This document shows positions 15,404-24,269 of a stretch of 27,225 nucleotides of DNA, piece by piece. The notes under the pieces are model-generated. The model saw only the letters and a list, made by a program, of their open reading frames with translations, was not told the DNA's origin and searched no databases. Numbering within the stretch: position 1 is the first letter of the stretch; each line of letters begins with the position of its first letter. The position numbers and the translations under genes were made by a program. Source of the DNA: Verrucomicrobiales bacterium (GTDB taxonomy: Bacteria; Verrucomicrobiota; Verrucomicrobiia; Verrucomicrobiales; V1-33); the NCBI GenBank assembly GCA_031411295.1, contig JANOAV010000069.1:1-27225 (forward strand), in the 5' to 3' direction.

Positions 15404-17423
15404 CCGCGCGCTTCTCAGGGGCGATGTAGAGTTTGCTCTTCACGGGGATTTTGAATGCGTCATACCATGGTTGGAAATTTTGCAGTGGAGCCACGGCCCG
15501 GAGGTGATCGGGGGCGTGGGAATCGCTGGCCATGCGTTTGCGGATGAGGGCGGATTGGGCCAGTTGCATCCAGCTTTGGCTGTAGCTGAGGAAATAGCGT
15601 TGTTGCGGAGTGAAGCCACCGATGGGTTCGCCCAGCTTGGGATCGGCCTTGATGGCGCGTTGCAGGCCTTCGTAGGCGAGGACGATGCCGCCCAGATCCG
15701 CGATGTTTTCTGGCAGGGTGAGTTTGCCGTTCACTTTCATTCCAGGAACTCCATCGCGTGCGCTGAAGTCGTTCACGAGGATGGCGGCTCGGCGGGTGAA
15801 TTCTTTGGCGTCCGCTTCCGTCCACCAGTCTTCTAAATTACCCGAGGCGTTGAATTTGCGACCTTCGCTATCGAATCCATGCGTCATTTCGTGGCCGATG
15901 ACGGCTCCGGTGGATCCGTAGTTCACCGCGTCATCCAAGGTGAGATCGAAGAAGGGGGGCTGGAGAATGCCGGCAGGGAAGACGATCTCGTTGTTGTTCT
16001 GATTGAAATAAGCGTTCACGGTGGGTGCGGTCATGGCCCACTCTTCGCGATCCACCGGCTGGCCGACGCGGGCGAGTTGGCGCTTGGTTTCCCAAAGGGT
16101 GGCGCGTTGCAGGTTGCCGAAGTAGTCGTCGGGTTTGATTTCCAGCCCGGCGTATTCTTTCCACTTGGAGGGATAGCCGAGTTTGGCGCGGAATTTCTCC
16201 AGCTTCACGAGCGCCTTCTGGCGTGTGGTTTCGCTCATCCAGGCGGCTTGGCGGATGTGGTCGGCATAGACGGCTTTGATGTTGGCGACCATGGTTTCCA
16301 TGCGCTGTTTGGCGGCTGGCGGGAAATGTTTGGCAACATAAAGTTGGCCGAGCGCATCGCCCATGGCGTCGTCGGTGGCTTTCACGGCGCGTTTCCAGCG
16401 CAGGCTTTGTTCCTTTTTGCCTTCGAGCACTTTGCCGAAGAAGGCAAAGTTCTCAGCATCGACGGCTTGGTGAAGTTCCGAGGCGGCACTGGTGATGAGG
16501 TGCCAGCGGAGGTAGGTTTTCCAATCTGCCAGTGGCTCGGAGGCAAAGAGTTTGCTGGCGGCGGCAAGGTATTCTGGCTGGCCGACGACCATGCTTTCCG
16601 GACTCAAGCCGAGCGCTTTCCAGTAGGCTTCCCAGGGGAAATCCGGGGTGAGCTTCGCCAGCTCGGTGCTGGTTAGTTTGTGATAGTTTTCCACCGCATC
16701 GTTGAGGTCTTCGGCGGACTTGGAAACTTTGGCCAGAGCGGTTTCCAAGCGCAGCACGGTGGCGGCGTTGGCTTTGGCGGCGGCAGCTTCGTCTCCGGCT
16801 AGAGTGAACATTTTTTCGAGATGCTCGGAGTAGGTCGCTAACTCCTTGGCGAAGTCCGCGTGGAGGTAGTAATCGCGATCCGGCAGGGAGGTGCCGCCCT
16901 GCACCAGTTGGAAGGCGTAGCGATCACTGGCGCGGGAATCGGCATCGACATACCAGCCGAAGAGGACGGCATTGCCATGAAGTTGGAAATTTCCAATCAC
17001 ACTCGCCAGCCCCGGGAGGTCTTGGATCTCAGCGATGCGTGCCAGGTCTGGGGCCAAGGGTTTCCATGCGAGTTCGTTGATCTTCGCTTCATTGGTGGCG
17101 GAGGTGTAGAAATCCCCCACGAGCTTTTTTGGAGCTCCCGCAGCATCAGCCCCCGCGGCCGCGGCTTCGCAAATGGCGCGAAGTTGGCTGGCGTTTTGCT
17201 CCATGAGAAATTCCGTGGGCCCCCAACTGGCGCGGTCTCCAGGGATTTTGTTTTGCTTCAGCCAGGTGCCGCACGCATACCGGAAGAAGTCATCTTCTGG
17301 CGCCACTTTGGGGTCCATGTGATTCAGGGAGAACCGGAACTCTGGCAGGGATTCGGCGTGGGCGGGTGTGCCCAAGGGCAGAAGGGACGACAGGGACAGA
17401 AGAAGGCTGTAGGTAAGGCGCAT
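15393..17423 (-). CDS. M13 family (neprilysin/PepO-like) zinc metallopeptidase, secreted
   Basis: Signal peptide, DFFRYACG, VNAYF, FPAGILQPPFF, HEMTH, ENIAD and SHAP. Convergent 11-nt overlap with the SDR gene. Confidence 0.95.
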   Translation of the reverse strand: MRLTYSLLLSLSSLLPLGTPAHAESLPEFRFSLNHMDPKVAPEDDFFRYACGTWLKQNKIPGDRASWGPTEFLMEQNASQLRAICEAAAAGADAAGAPKKLVGDFYTSATNEAKINELAWKPLAPDLARIAEIQDLPGLASVIGNFQLHGNAVLFGWYVDADSRASDRYAFQLVQGGTSLPDRDYYLHADFAKELATYSEHLEKMFTLAGDEAAAAKANAATVLRLETALAKVSKSAEDLNDAVENYHKLTSTELAKLTPDFPWEAYWKALGLSPESMVVGQPEYLAAASKLFASEPLADWKTYLRWHLITSAASELHQAVDAENFAFFGKVLEGKKEQSLRWKRAVKATDDAMGDALGQLYVAKHFPPAAKQRMETMVANIKAVYADHIRQAAWMSETTRQKALVKLEKFRAKLGYPSKWKEYAGLEIKPDDYFGNLQRATLWETKRQLARVGQPVDREEWAMTAPTVNAYFNQNNNEIVFPAGILQPPFFDLTLDDAVNYGSTGAVIGHEMTHGFDSEGRKFNASGNLEDWWTEADAKEFTRRAAILVNDFSARDGVPGMKVNGKLTLPENIADLGGIVLAYEGLQRAIKADPKLGEPIGGFTPQQRYFLSYSQSWMQLAQSALIRKRMASDSHAPDHLRAVAPLQNFQPWYDAFKIPVKSKLYIAPEKRAVIW

Positions 17424-17537
17424 GGTGATGTAAACTAGCTGGCAGGTGGAACGCTCTCAATTGATATTTTCCGGCTCTTTTAGTGCGTGGATTGCGGTCG
17501 CAAAAAGCGATTTTCATCGTCACTTTAGTCACAGCAT

Positions 17538-17640
17538 GTGGCGCGGGCTTGCAGCCCGCAAGCCGTCATGCTTTCCGGTTCACCTCAGCGCTGAGATTCA
17601 CCTAATGCTCCACGGCTTGCGGGCTGCAAGCCCGCGCCAC
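17538..17640. repeat. REPIN-like doublet (GTGG-type REP)
   Basis: Perfect 29-bp IR GTGGCGCGGGCTTGCAGCCCGCAAGCCGT (17538-17566) / 17612-17640, with central palindrome CTCAGCGCTGAG. Confidence 0.85.
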
Positions 17641-17690
17641 TCTCCGTTATCAGATGGCTGGAGCTGCGCTAACCTCCACCAACCCGAGCC

Positions 17691-19607
17691 CTACTGATCA
17701 TACGCCCGCCCGTCCCGACCTTCATACCAATGGACGAAGGAGCGGTTGACGATTTCGTAGCCGCCGGGAGTTGGGTAGTCGCCTGTGAAATACCAATCGC
17801 CACTGTTAGGGGCGATGCAGGTGTGGAGGTTCTCGGTGGTTTGATAGATGACTTCCAATTCCCCATTCCACGTCGTTTCCGGGAAGATCATTTGGCTGAT
17901 CATGTGGCTGACTTCGCGATCCGTGAACGGCTCGTAGAGGTCTTTCACGCAGTTGCGACGCTGGCCCATGGGCTGTTCCAATTCCACTTTGCAGCGGGAG
18001 TAAACGGCCTCGATCAGCCCCTGCTGGCCGCTGTTCTTGAGCAGTTGAATCGTGGCGGCAAAGGCGATGAATTTTCCGATCTCCGCCATGTCGATGCCAT
18101 AGCAGTCAGGATAGCGAATCTGGGGGGCCGTGCTCACGACCACGATTTTCCGTGGATTGGTGTGGGCCAGCATTTTCAGAATGCTTTGCTTCAAGGTCGT
18201 GCCGCGCACGATGGAGTCATCAATGACGACGAGCGCATCCTCCGGACGCACTTCGCCATAGGTGACATCATAGACGTGGGAGGCCATTTGCAGGCGGTTT
18301 TGCTCCTGGGAAATGAAGGTGCGCAGCTTGATGTCCTTGTGGGCAATTTTCTCGCCCCGGGGCCAGTTGCGGAGGATGAGGGCGTCGATCAGTTCCTCGT
18401 TGAGGGTGCCGTCCTTGGCGGCGGCCAGGATGGAGTCCTTCACTTCGATGCGGCGGTGGAGGCGCAGGCCGTCCATCATGCCCATGTAGGCCACTTCGGC
18501 CGTGTTAGGGATGAAACTGAACACTGCCCGATGCAGGTCGTTGTCGATGGCGCTGATGATCTGCGGGATGAGCGCTGCGCCCAAGCGTTTGCGTTCCTGG
18601 TAGATTTCCGGATCATTGCCCCGGCTGAAGTAGATGCGCTCGAAACTACAATGGCTGGGAGCGACGGGCTGGCAGTAACGTTCCACGGTCATCGTCCCGT
18701 CCGCCTTGATGGCAGTCACCGTGCCCGGCTCCACTTCCACGACGTTCTCCTGCGCGGCATTGAAGACAGTCATCAGCGGCACGCGCTCGGAGGCAAAGGC
18801 GATGAACTCGTCATCGACATATTTGTAGCAAGGCCGGATGCCTTTGGGATCCCGCAGCACGAAGCCATCCCCATTGCCCACCATGCCGCAGATGGTGTAG
18901 CCGCCGTCCCAATGCTGGGCGCTGTCGTGGATGGCTTTGGTGATATTTAAACGTTCGCTGATTTGTTTGGGGATTTCCGGTCCCGGCACACCGGCATCCC
19001 GCAGACTGCGGTAAATATCGGTGTGTTGTTCGTCGAGGTGATAGCCGATTTCCTCCAGCACGGTCTGCGTATCAGTGCCGAAGATCGGGTGCTGCCCGCG
19101 GTCCACCATGAGTTGGTTCAAATGACGAATGTTCGTCATGTTGAAATTTCCCAGCACCATTAAGTTGCGGGTGGGCCAGTTGCTCTTGCGGTAGTAGGGA
19201 TGGCAGGAACTGGTGGCGAACTCACCGCTGGTGCCATAGCGCAGGTGCCCCATGAGGACCTCCCCACCGAAATCGAAATGTTGTTTCACCGATTCAGGAC
19301 GCTTGGGATCGATCCGTCCCTTGCGCACGGCGGCATCGAACGCCACTTGCTGGCTTTTGAAGACTTGCCCCAGCGACTCGCTGCGCGCACTGCGAGCCCG
19401 GAACATGTAGGGCTGGCCCAGCGGCATGCCCAGCTTGGTGCAGCCAATGCCCACGCCGTCCTGGCCGCGGTTGTGCTGCTTCTCCATGAGCAGGAACAGT
19501 TTGTGAAAACCGTAAAGACTGGTGCCGTATTTCTCGAGATAATACTCGAGCGGCTGTCGCAGGCGAATGAAGGCTACGCCACACTCATGCTTGATGAAAT
19601 CGCTCAT
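17691..19607 (-). CDS. purF: Amidophosphoribosyltransferase (long type)
   Basis: MSDFIKHE|CG propeptide and Ntn Cys, HNRGQDG, GHLRYGT, CSFERIYFSR, VVIDDSIVRGTT PRPP loop, CYGIDM and YFTGDYP. Confidence 0.95.
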   Translation of the reverse strand: MSDFIKHECGVAFIRLRQPLEYYLEKYGTSLYGFHKLFLLMEKQHNRGQDGVGIGCTKLGMPLGQPYMFRARSARSESLGQVFKSQQVAFDAAVRKGRIDPKRPESVKQHFDFGGEVLMGHLRYGTSGEFATSSCHPYYRKSNWPTRNLMVLGNFNMTNIRHLNQLMVDRGQHPIFGTDTQTVLEEIGYHLDEQHTDIYRSLRDAGVPGPEIPKQISERLNITKAIHDSAQHWDGGYTICGMVGNGDGFVLRDPKGIRPCYKYVDDEFIAFASERVPLMTVFNAAQENVVEVEPGTVTAIKADGTMTVERYCQPVAPSHCSFERIYFSRGNDPEIYQERKRLGAALIPQIISAIDNDLHRAVFSFIPNTAEVAYMGMMDGLRLHRRIEVKDSILAAAKDGTLNEELIDALILRNWPRGEKIAHKDIKLRTFISQEQNRLQMASHVYDVTYGEVRPEDALVVIDDSIVRGTTLKQSILKMLAHTNPRKIVVVSTAPQIRYPDCYGIDMAEIGKFIAFAATIQLLKNSGQQGLIEAVYSRCKVELEQPMGQRRNCVKDLYEPFTDREVSHMISQMIFPETTWNGELEVIYQTTENLHTCIAPNSGDWYFTGDYPTPGGYEIVNRSFVHWYEGRDGRAYDQ

Positions 19608-19805
19608 CGGATAGGAAAAAAGTTGGGGAAGGTTACCAACCTAGGGCGGTTGGATAGCTATGCTGGGAGGGAATGCGGGTGGGAGCAAATGGAAAAGTAG
19701 AAATCTCGAAAACGGTCGTGCCCGCCCTGACGCTGCCCCGCAGTTTACGTGAGAAGCAAGAGAATCGAATTGACTCCGCCAGTGTCCCTGAGCACGCTGA
19801 CTCCC

Positions 19806-21323
19806 ATGAAACAGCACCTGATTTTCATTTCTACTGGAATTCGTCTCCTCAGCATCACGGCAGCCTTGGTCCTGGGGGCCAATCTTGCCAGCATGGCCGC
19901 AGATCAACCGCAGTGGGGTCAAGCCTGGAGTCGCAATTTGGTATCGGCGGAGAAAAATTTACCCGAAGGATTCGATCCGGCTAGCAAACAAAACGTGCGT
20001 TGGGTGGTGCCGCTGGGGGATCAGACCCATTCCACTCCCGTAGTGGCGGGCGGGCGGATTTTTGTGGGCACGAACAACGCCAATCCACGCGATCCCAAGC
20101 ATCAGGGAGATCGTGGGGTGCTGTATTGCCTGGATGAAAAGGATGGGCACTGCCTCTGGCAACTCGTGGTGCCAAAACTCGAGGATGATCAATATTTAGA
20201 CTGGCCGAAGACGGGGATGGCCTCCGATGCCACCGTGGAGGGAGACCGCGCTTACATCGTGACGAATCGGGGCGAAGTCGTCTGCTTGGATGTGCACGGC
20301 ATGGCCAATGGCAATGACGGCCCCTATCAGGACGAAGGGAAGCACTTGGCCTTGCGGGGCGAACCAGCACTAACCACCGGTCCACTGGATGCGGACATCA
20401 TTTGGCTGCTGGATATGAAGGAAGCGTGCGATATCTGGTGCCACGATGGAGCCCACAGTTCCATCCTAATTCAAGGGGATCATCTCTATGTCAATACTGG
20501 CACGGGCGTGGACAACACCCATCGCCTCATCCGCCGTCCCGAGGCCCCTTCCTTGATCGTGGTGGACAAATTAACTGGGCGCTACCTGGCCAGAGAGGAC
20601 GAGCACATCTCTCCCAATATCTTCCACGCCACGTGGTCCTCTCCCTGCTTCACTAAAATCGATGGCCATCCTCAGATCCTCTTCTGCGGCGGCAACGGCA
20701 TCACCTACGCCTTCGATCCACTGCCGGCAGGCCCGCCGGAAGCAGCGCTGGCGAAACTGAAGCCCCGCTGGCAATACGACATGGATCCCAGCGCCCCCAA
20801 GGAGAAAGTCCACCTCTTCACCCAGAACAAACAGGACGGCCCTAGCAATATTTACGGAATGCCCGTGGTCGCGAACGGAAAACTCTTCGTGGCGGGTGGG
20901 GGCGACGTCTTCTGGGGGAAAAACAAGTCCTGGCTAAAATGCGTGGACGCCAGCAACGGCAAGGAATTGTGGAGCTACGAACTTGGCAAACACACCCTGA
21001 GCACGGCTGCCGTCCACGACGGCTTGGTCTATGTCACGGACGCCGATGGCACGTTGCATTGCGTGGAGGAAAAGACTGGAGCACCAGTCTGGACCCACGC
21101 CATGAACGGATCGTTCTGGTCGTCCCCAATGATTGCTGATGGCAAAATTTTCCTAGGCACGCGCAAAGGAAATTTCTGCGTCCTGGCAGCCGGCCGAGAA
21201 AAGAAAATCCTCACCAACTTGGAACTCAAATCGCCCATCAGTTCCACCGTGACTGTCGCCAACGAAGTGGTCTATCTAACCACCATGAATCAACTCTGGG
21301 CGCTAAAGTTGGAAGCGCGGTAA
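19806..21323 (+). CDS. Secreted PQQ-like (BamB-type) beta-propeller repeat protein
   Basis: Signal peptide ending ADQPQWG, and repeats NVRWVVPLG..STPVVAGGRIFVG, LYCLD..DG..LW and SSPMIADGKIFLG. Start likely ATG 19806. Confidence 0.85.
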   Translation: MKQHLIFISTGIRLLSITAALVLGANLASMAADQPQWGQAWSRNLVSAEKNLPEGFDPASKQNVRWVVPLGDQTHSTPVVAGGRIFVGTNNANPRDPKHQGDRGVLYCLDEKDGHCLWQLVVPKLEDDQYLDWPKTGMASDATVEGDRAYIVTNRGEVVCLDVHGMANGNDGPYQDEGKHLALRGEPALTTGPLDADIIWLLDMKEACDIWCHDGAHSSILIQGDHLYVNTGTGVDNTHRLIRRPEAPSLIVVDKLTGRYLAREDEHISPNIFHATWSSPCFTKIDGHPQILFCGGNGITYAFDPLPAGPPEAALAKLKPRWQYDMDPSAPKEKVHLFTQNKQDGPSNIYGMPVVANGKLFVAGGGDVFWGKNKSWLKCVDASNGKELWSYELGKHTLSTAAVHDGLVYVTDADGTLHCVEEKTGAPVWTHAMNGSFWSSPMIADGKIFLGTRKGNFCVLAAGREKKILTNLELKSPISSTVTVANEVVYLTTMNQLWALKLEAR

Positions 21324-21389
21324 ATATTTCCGAAAAAGTTTCACCACCTGTCATATACTCACCCACGGCAAGTCACCCATGGGTAGTCT

Positions 21390-21920
21390 ATGAACTCCGA
21401 ACTCTCCCGCCAACTCGAAACCCTGCACCCCGATGCCTTCGGCTGGGCGCTGCATTGTGTAGCTGGAGATTACTGCCGGGCGGAGGAAGTCCTCTCCAAT
21501 GCCTACCTCAAGTATGCGCAGGGCAAGGCTCAGTTTGCGGGCGGTAGTAGTTTCAAGACGTGGTGGTTTGGGGTGATTCGTTTCACTGCCCAGGAGGATT
21601 TGCGTCGCACGAAATTTCGCCAAACCCTGCTGGGGAGGCTGCTGGAGCATTTGCCGTTGCAGCAAAATACGCTGGCCAGACCCACGCCTTCACAGCACTT
21701 GGAACGGCGGGAAGACACCACCATGCTACTCCAGCAACTAAGCCTGCTCCCACCGCGCCAGGCCGAAGTCCTGCACTTGGTATTCTATCAGGACCTAACC
21801 ATAGCTGAGGCCGCCGCCCTCATGGGCATCAGCCTGGGATCCGCGCGCCAACATTACGAACGCGGGAAACATCGCCTCCGGGCCAACCTCAAAGCTCTAC
21901 CCGAACCCATCACCCTATGA
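21390..21920 (+). CDS. ECF RNA polymerase sigma factor
   Basis: Region 2 AEEVL...F.G.SSFKTWWFGVIR and region 4 LPPRQAEVLHL..YQDLTIAEAAALMGISLGSAR..Y.RG...LR. Confidence 0.92.
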   Translation: MNSELSRQLETLHPDAFGWALHCVAGDYCRAEEVLSNAYLKYAQGKAQFAGGSSFKTWWFGVIRFTAQEDLRRTKFRQTLLGRLLEHLPLQQNTLARPTPSQHLERREDTTMLLQQLSLLPPRQAEVLHLVFYQDLTIAEAAALMGISLGSARQHYERGKHRLRANLKALPEPITL

Positions 21921-22291
21921 ACCCACCAAACGATCCAGATGATCACCTGCTGCGGGAACGATTCCTCCAGCAACGCGCGGAAGATCACGCCGCCGCCCCA
22001 GCGTGGTCGGCACGATTCCTCCGTGTTCCGGCCGAGACGACCCGTCGTCCCCAGCCTGTCTGGCTCTGGCCTGCAGCCGCCGCCGCCGCGTGCGCCCTGC
22101 TGGCCTTGCCATTCGTCATGAAATCAGCCCCGCCGCGGGCAGACCTTTCCAGCCTGCCTCCGCTCCTGCCGTTGGTGACGGAACCATCCACTCCCTTGCT
22201 CCAGAACACGTCGTTTGATCTGGCCCTAACTAACTCTTCCTCACCCACCGATTTCCTTTTACCCACCCACCTAAACATCCAAATCCTATGA
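21917..22291 (+). CDS. Putative single-pass anti-sigma factor
   Basis: ATGA overlap with the sigma gene. N-terminal DDHLLRERF helix, one hydrophobic segment (WLWPAAAAAACALLALPFVM) and a C-terminal SPTDFLL motif. Confidence 0.65.
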   Translation: MNPPNDPDDHLLRERFLQQRAEDHAAAPAWSARFLRVPAETTRRPQPVWLWPAAAAAACALLALPFVMKSAPPRADLSSLPPLLPLVTEPSTPLLQNTSFDLALTNSSSPTDFLLPTHLNIQIL

Positions 22292-23136
22292 AACTAAACC
22301 ACATCCTAACTACCATCTCCCTGCTCACCCTCACCTTCACGACCGCCCGGGCGGCGGACACCGACGCTTGGCTGAAGAATGGTCTGATTCACCCGGAGGT
22401 CATTTTCAAGCACCAGGCTGAACTCAACCTAACCGCTGATCAGCAAGCCAAACTGCTGGCCATGGTGGAACCAGCCAAAACCCGCATAGCCACGCTGGAA
22501 TCAGCCCTGAAGGACAGCCAGCAAGCGCTGGAAACTCTGCTGCGCGCCCCGGACACCACCGCCGATCAAGCCTGCGCCAAACTCACTGAAACCCTCGCTG
22601 CGGAGGCCGCCCTGAAACAATTTCAGATGCGCACCTTGATGGATTTGCGCGTTGCCCTCACTCCAGAGCAGCGGACTCAGGCGGTCGCCTTTGCCGCCAA
22701 GAAAGGACCTTCCGATCTGGAACGCAAAGTGCGGGACAAGGCCGAGAAATTGAAGGCGGCCTACGAGGCCTTGGGCCTGCCAATGACCGAAGGACTCAAG
22801 CAGCGGGGCCATCAAATCGAGGAAATGATCAAGGACGGCGGCCTCGAACGCGCCATGCAGGCGATGGAGAAGCTGGCCGTTGAGGCGGGACTCGACAAGC
22901 CTCTCACCAAGGAGGAGCTGGATTTCAGTAAACAAAGCCCGGGCGATACGGATCTCGACAAACTGAAGCAACGCCTCGAATCCGTGCAAGAACGCGCCAA
23001 GGAAGTGGTTTCCGTCGAGATCATCGGCAAGCTCCTCCAAGCCCGTGAAGCCTTGGAGAAAGCCAAGAGCAACTCCGATGCGGACCTGGTCGGCCGCATC
23101 CTAACGTTCGCAGAGGCCCTCTTGGATAAAAAGTAA
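22288..23136 (+). CDS. Periplasmic Spy/CpxP (LTxxQ)-like protein with a C-terminal helical extension
   Basis: ATGA overlap, signal peptide ending TARA, LNLTADQQAKL...LTPEQR, and about 140 extra helical residues. Confidence 0.75.
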   Translation: MKLNHILTTISLLTLTFTTARAADTDAWLKNGLIHPEVIFKHQAELNLTADQQAKLLAMVEPAKTRIATLESALKDSQQALETLLRAPDTTADQACAKLTETLAAEAALKQFQMRTLMDLRVALTPEQRTQAVAFAAKKGPSDLERKVRDKAEKLKAAYEALGLPMTEGLKQRGHQIEEMIKDGGLERAMQAMEKLAVEAGLDKPLTKEELDFSKQSPGDTDLDKLKQRLESVQERAKEVVSVEIIGKLLQAREALEKAKSNSDADLVGRILTFAEALLDKK

Positions 23137-23186
23137 GACTCGTTTAATAACACAGTTGTTAGGGCGCTCCGCCCACTTAAAACGAT

Positions 23187-23228
23187 ACCCGCCGCAGTCA
23201 CTGTAGTGATCGCGGCGGGTTTTCTTTT
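23187..23228 (+). terminator. Intrinsic terminator closing the ECF operon
   Basis: ACCCGCCGC...GCGGCGGGT stem followed by TTTCTTTT. Confidence 0.75.
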
Positions 23229-23345
23229 ACCCAGCAGCACGGAGAAATTTTGCCCCATCGGGAATAAAATCTCCCCTCCCCGCTCCCATGCAAGGATGCG
23301 CCACGATGCGCTGATCTAACCTAACCTAACCATTAAAACTAAGCC

Positions 23346-23804
23346 ATGAAAGCACGCTGGAACCAACTCAATGCCCTCCTGGAAAAAATTGCCAACCTCA
23401 CACGCGACACCTTCCTTCTTGTCGTCCGCCTTTACTGGGGCTGGCAATTCTTCCAGACCGGCAAGGGTAAACTAGCTAATCTGGACCAAACCGCTGCGTT
23501 CTTCAGCGAGCTAGGTCTGCCCGCACCAAAATTTCAAGCCTTCCTCGCAGGCAGCACCGAATGCTTCGGTGGACTCTTGCTCTTGATCGGGTTGGGCTCG
23601 CGCCTCATCAGTGTGCCACTCATGTTCACCATGATCGTGGCTTATGCCACGGCCCATTTGGACGCACTGAAGGGCATCTTTAGTGACCCGGACACCTTTG
23701 TCAATCAAGCCCCATTCCTCTTTCTGCTCGCCTCCGCCATCATCTTCGTCTTCGGCCCAGGGCGGGTTTCCGTCGATCATTGGCTGAACCATCGCACCAA
23801 GTAA
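23346..23804 (+). CDS. DoxX family membrane protein
   Basis: LVVRLYWGWQFFQTG.GKL, LGLPAP, E.FGGLLLLIGLG.R and GPGRVSVD. Confidence 0.9.
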   Translation: MKARWNQLNALLEKIANLTRDTFLLVVRLYWGWQFFQTGKGKLANLDQTAAFFSELGLPAPKFQAFLAGSTECFGGLLLLIGLGSRLISVPLMFTMIVAYATAHLDALKGIFSDPDTFVNQAPFLFLLASAIIFVFGPGRVSVDHWLNHRTK

Positions 23805-23970
23805 GGTGCACGCAGTTCTACTCGGTTAAATAACGAAAAGTAGTGCCGGACTTTACTCCGCACAGCCCTGGATTTTCAAGGCTTCCAGCATGTCAGATTA
23901 CTGACTGAAGTCCTCTTTAAAACCAGAATTTAGGAGTTATGATGCAACACTTAATTAATGCCCTTGAAAA

Positions 23971-24134
23971 GAGGTGGAGCGAGGCTGTGCCCGAGCCAGT
24001 CGTGAGCCGAAGCACCCAAAGTCTAGACGGATGTTGCTAGCGATGCTCGATCGGATCGATCTGCGCAGGGAGGAAGGAGCGCGAATTTGGAAGATCACCC
24101 TGACGAAAGCTCGGGCACAGCCTCGCCCCACCTC
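23971..24134. repeat. REPIN-like doublet (GGTGG-type REP)
   Basis: GAGGTGGAGCGAGGCTGTGCCCGAGC (23971-23996) / GCTCGGGCACAGCCTCGCCCCACCTC (24109-24134). 26-bp arms with 1 mismatch. Confidence 0.8.
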
Positions 24135-24269
24135 CCTAGCAGGGCTGCCTGCGAGAGCCGATCCGCTGCCTGACAACTGCTTTGCCGAAGAGTCATGACG
24201 GTTACTTTCTGTGCTACCGTCCCCTTTCAGCTGCTTGACAGCGGGCGGAGTTCTCGCCACCACTAAGCC

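Noticed and set aside
17730..18950. 406-aa plus-strand ORF
   Set aside because: Antisense shadow of purF.
23805..23831. dif-like site (GGTGC...GTTAAAT)
   Set aside because: The outer bases resemble dif, but it is 1 nt short and lacks the inner ATAA/TTAT core.
23939..24040. 33-aa ORF after AGGAG (MMQHLINALEKRW...)
   Set aside because: It runs through a REP arm, SD motifs are not used by the real genes here, and there is no other support.
24135..24269. T-box or riboswitch before proS (also checked before trpS and purF)
   Set aside because: No T-box (GGTGGNACCGCG) or recognisable aptamer consensus, and the leaders are too short.
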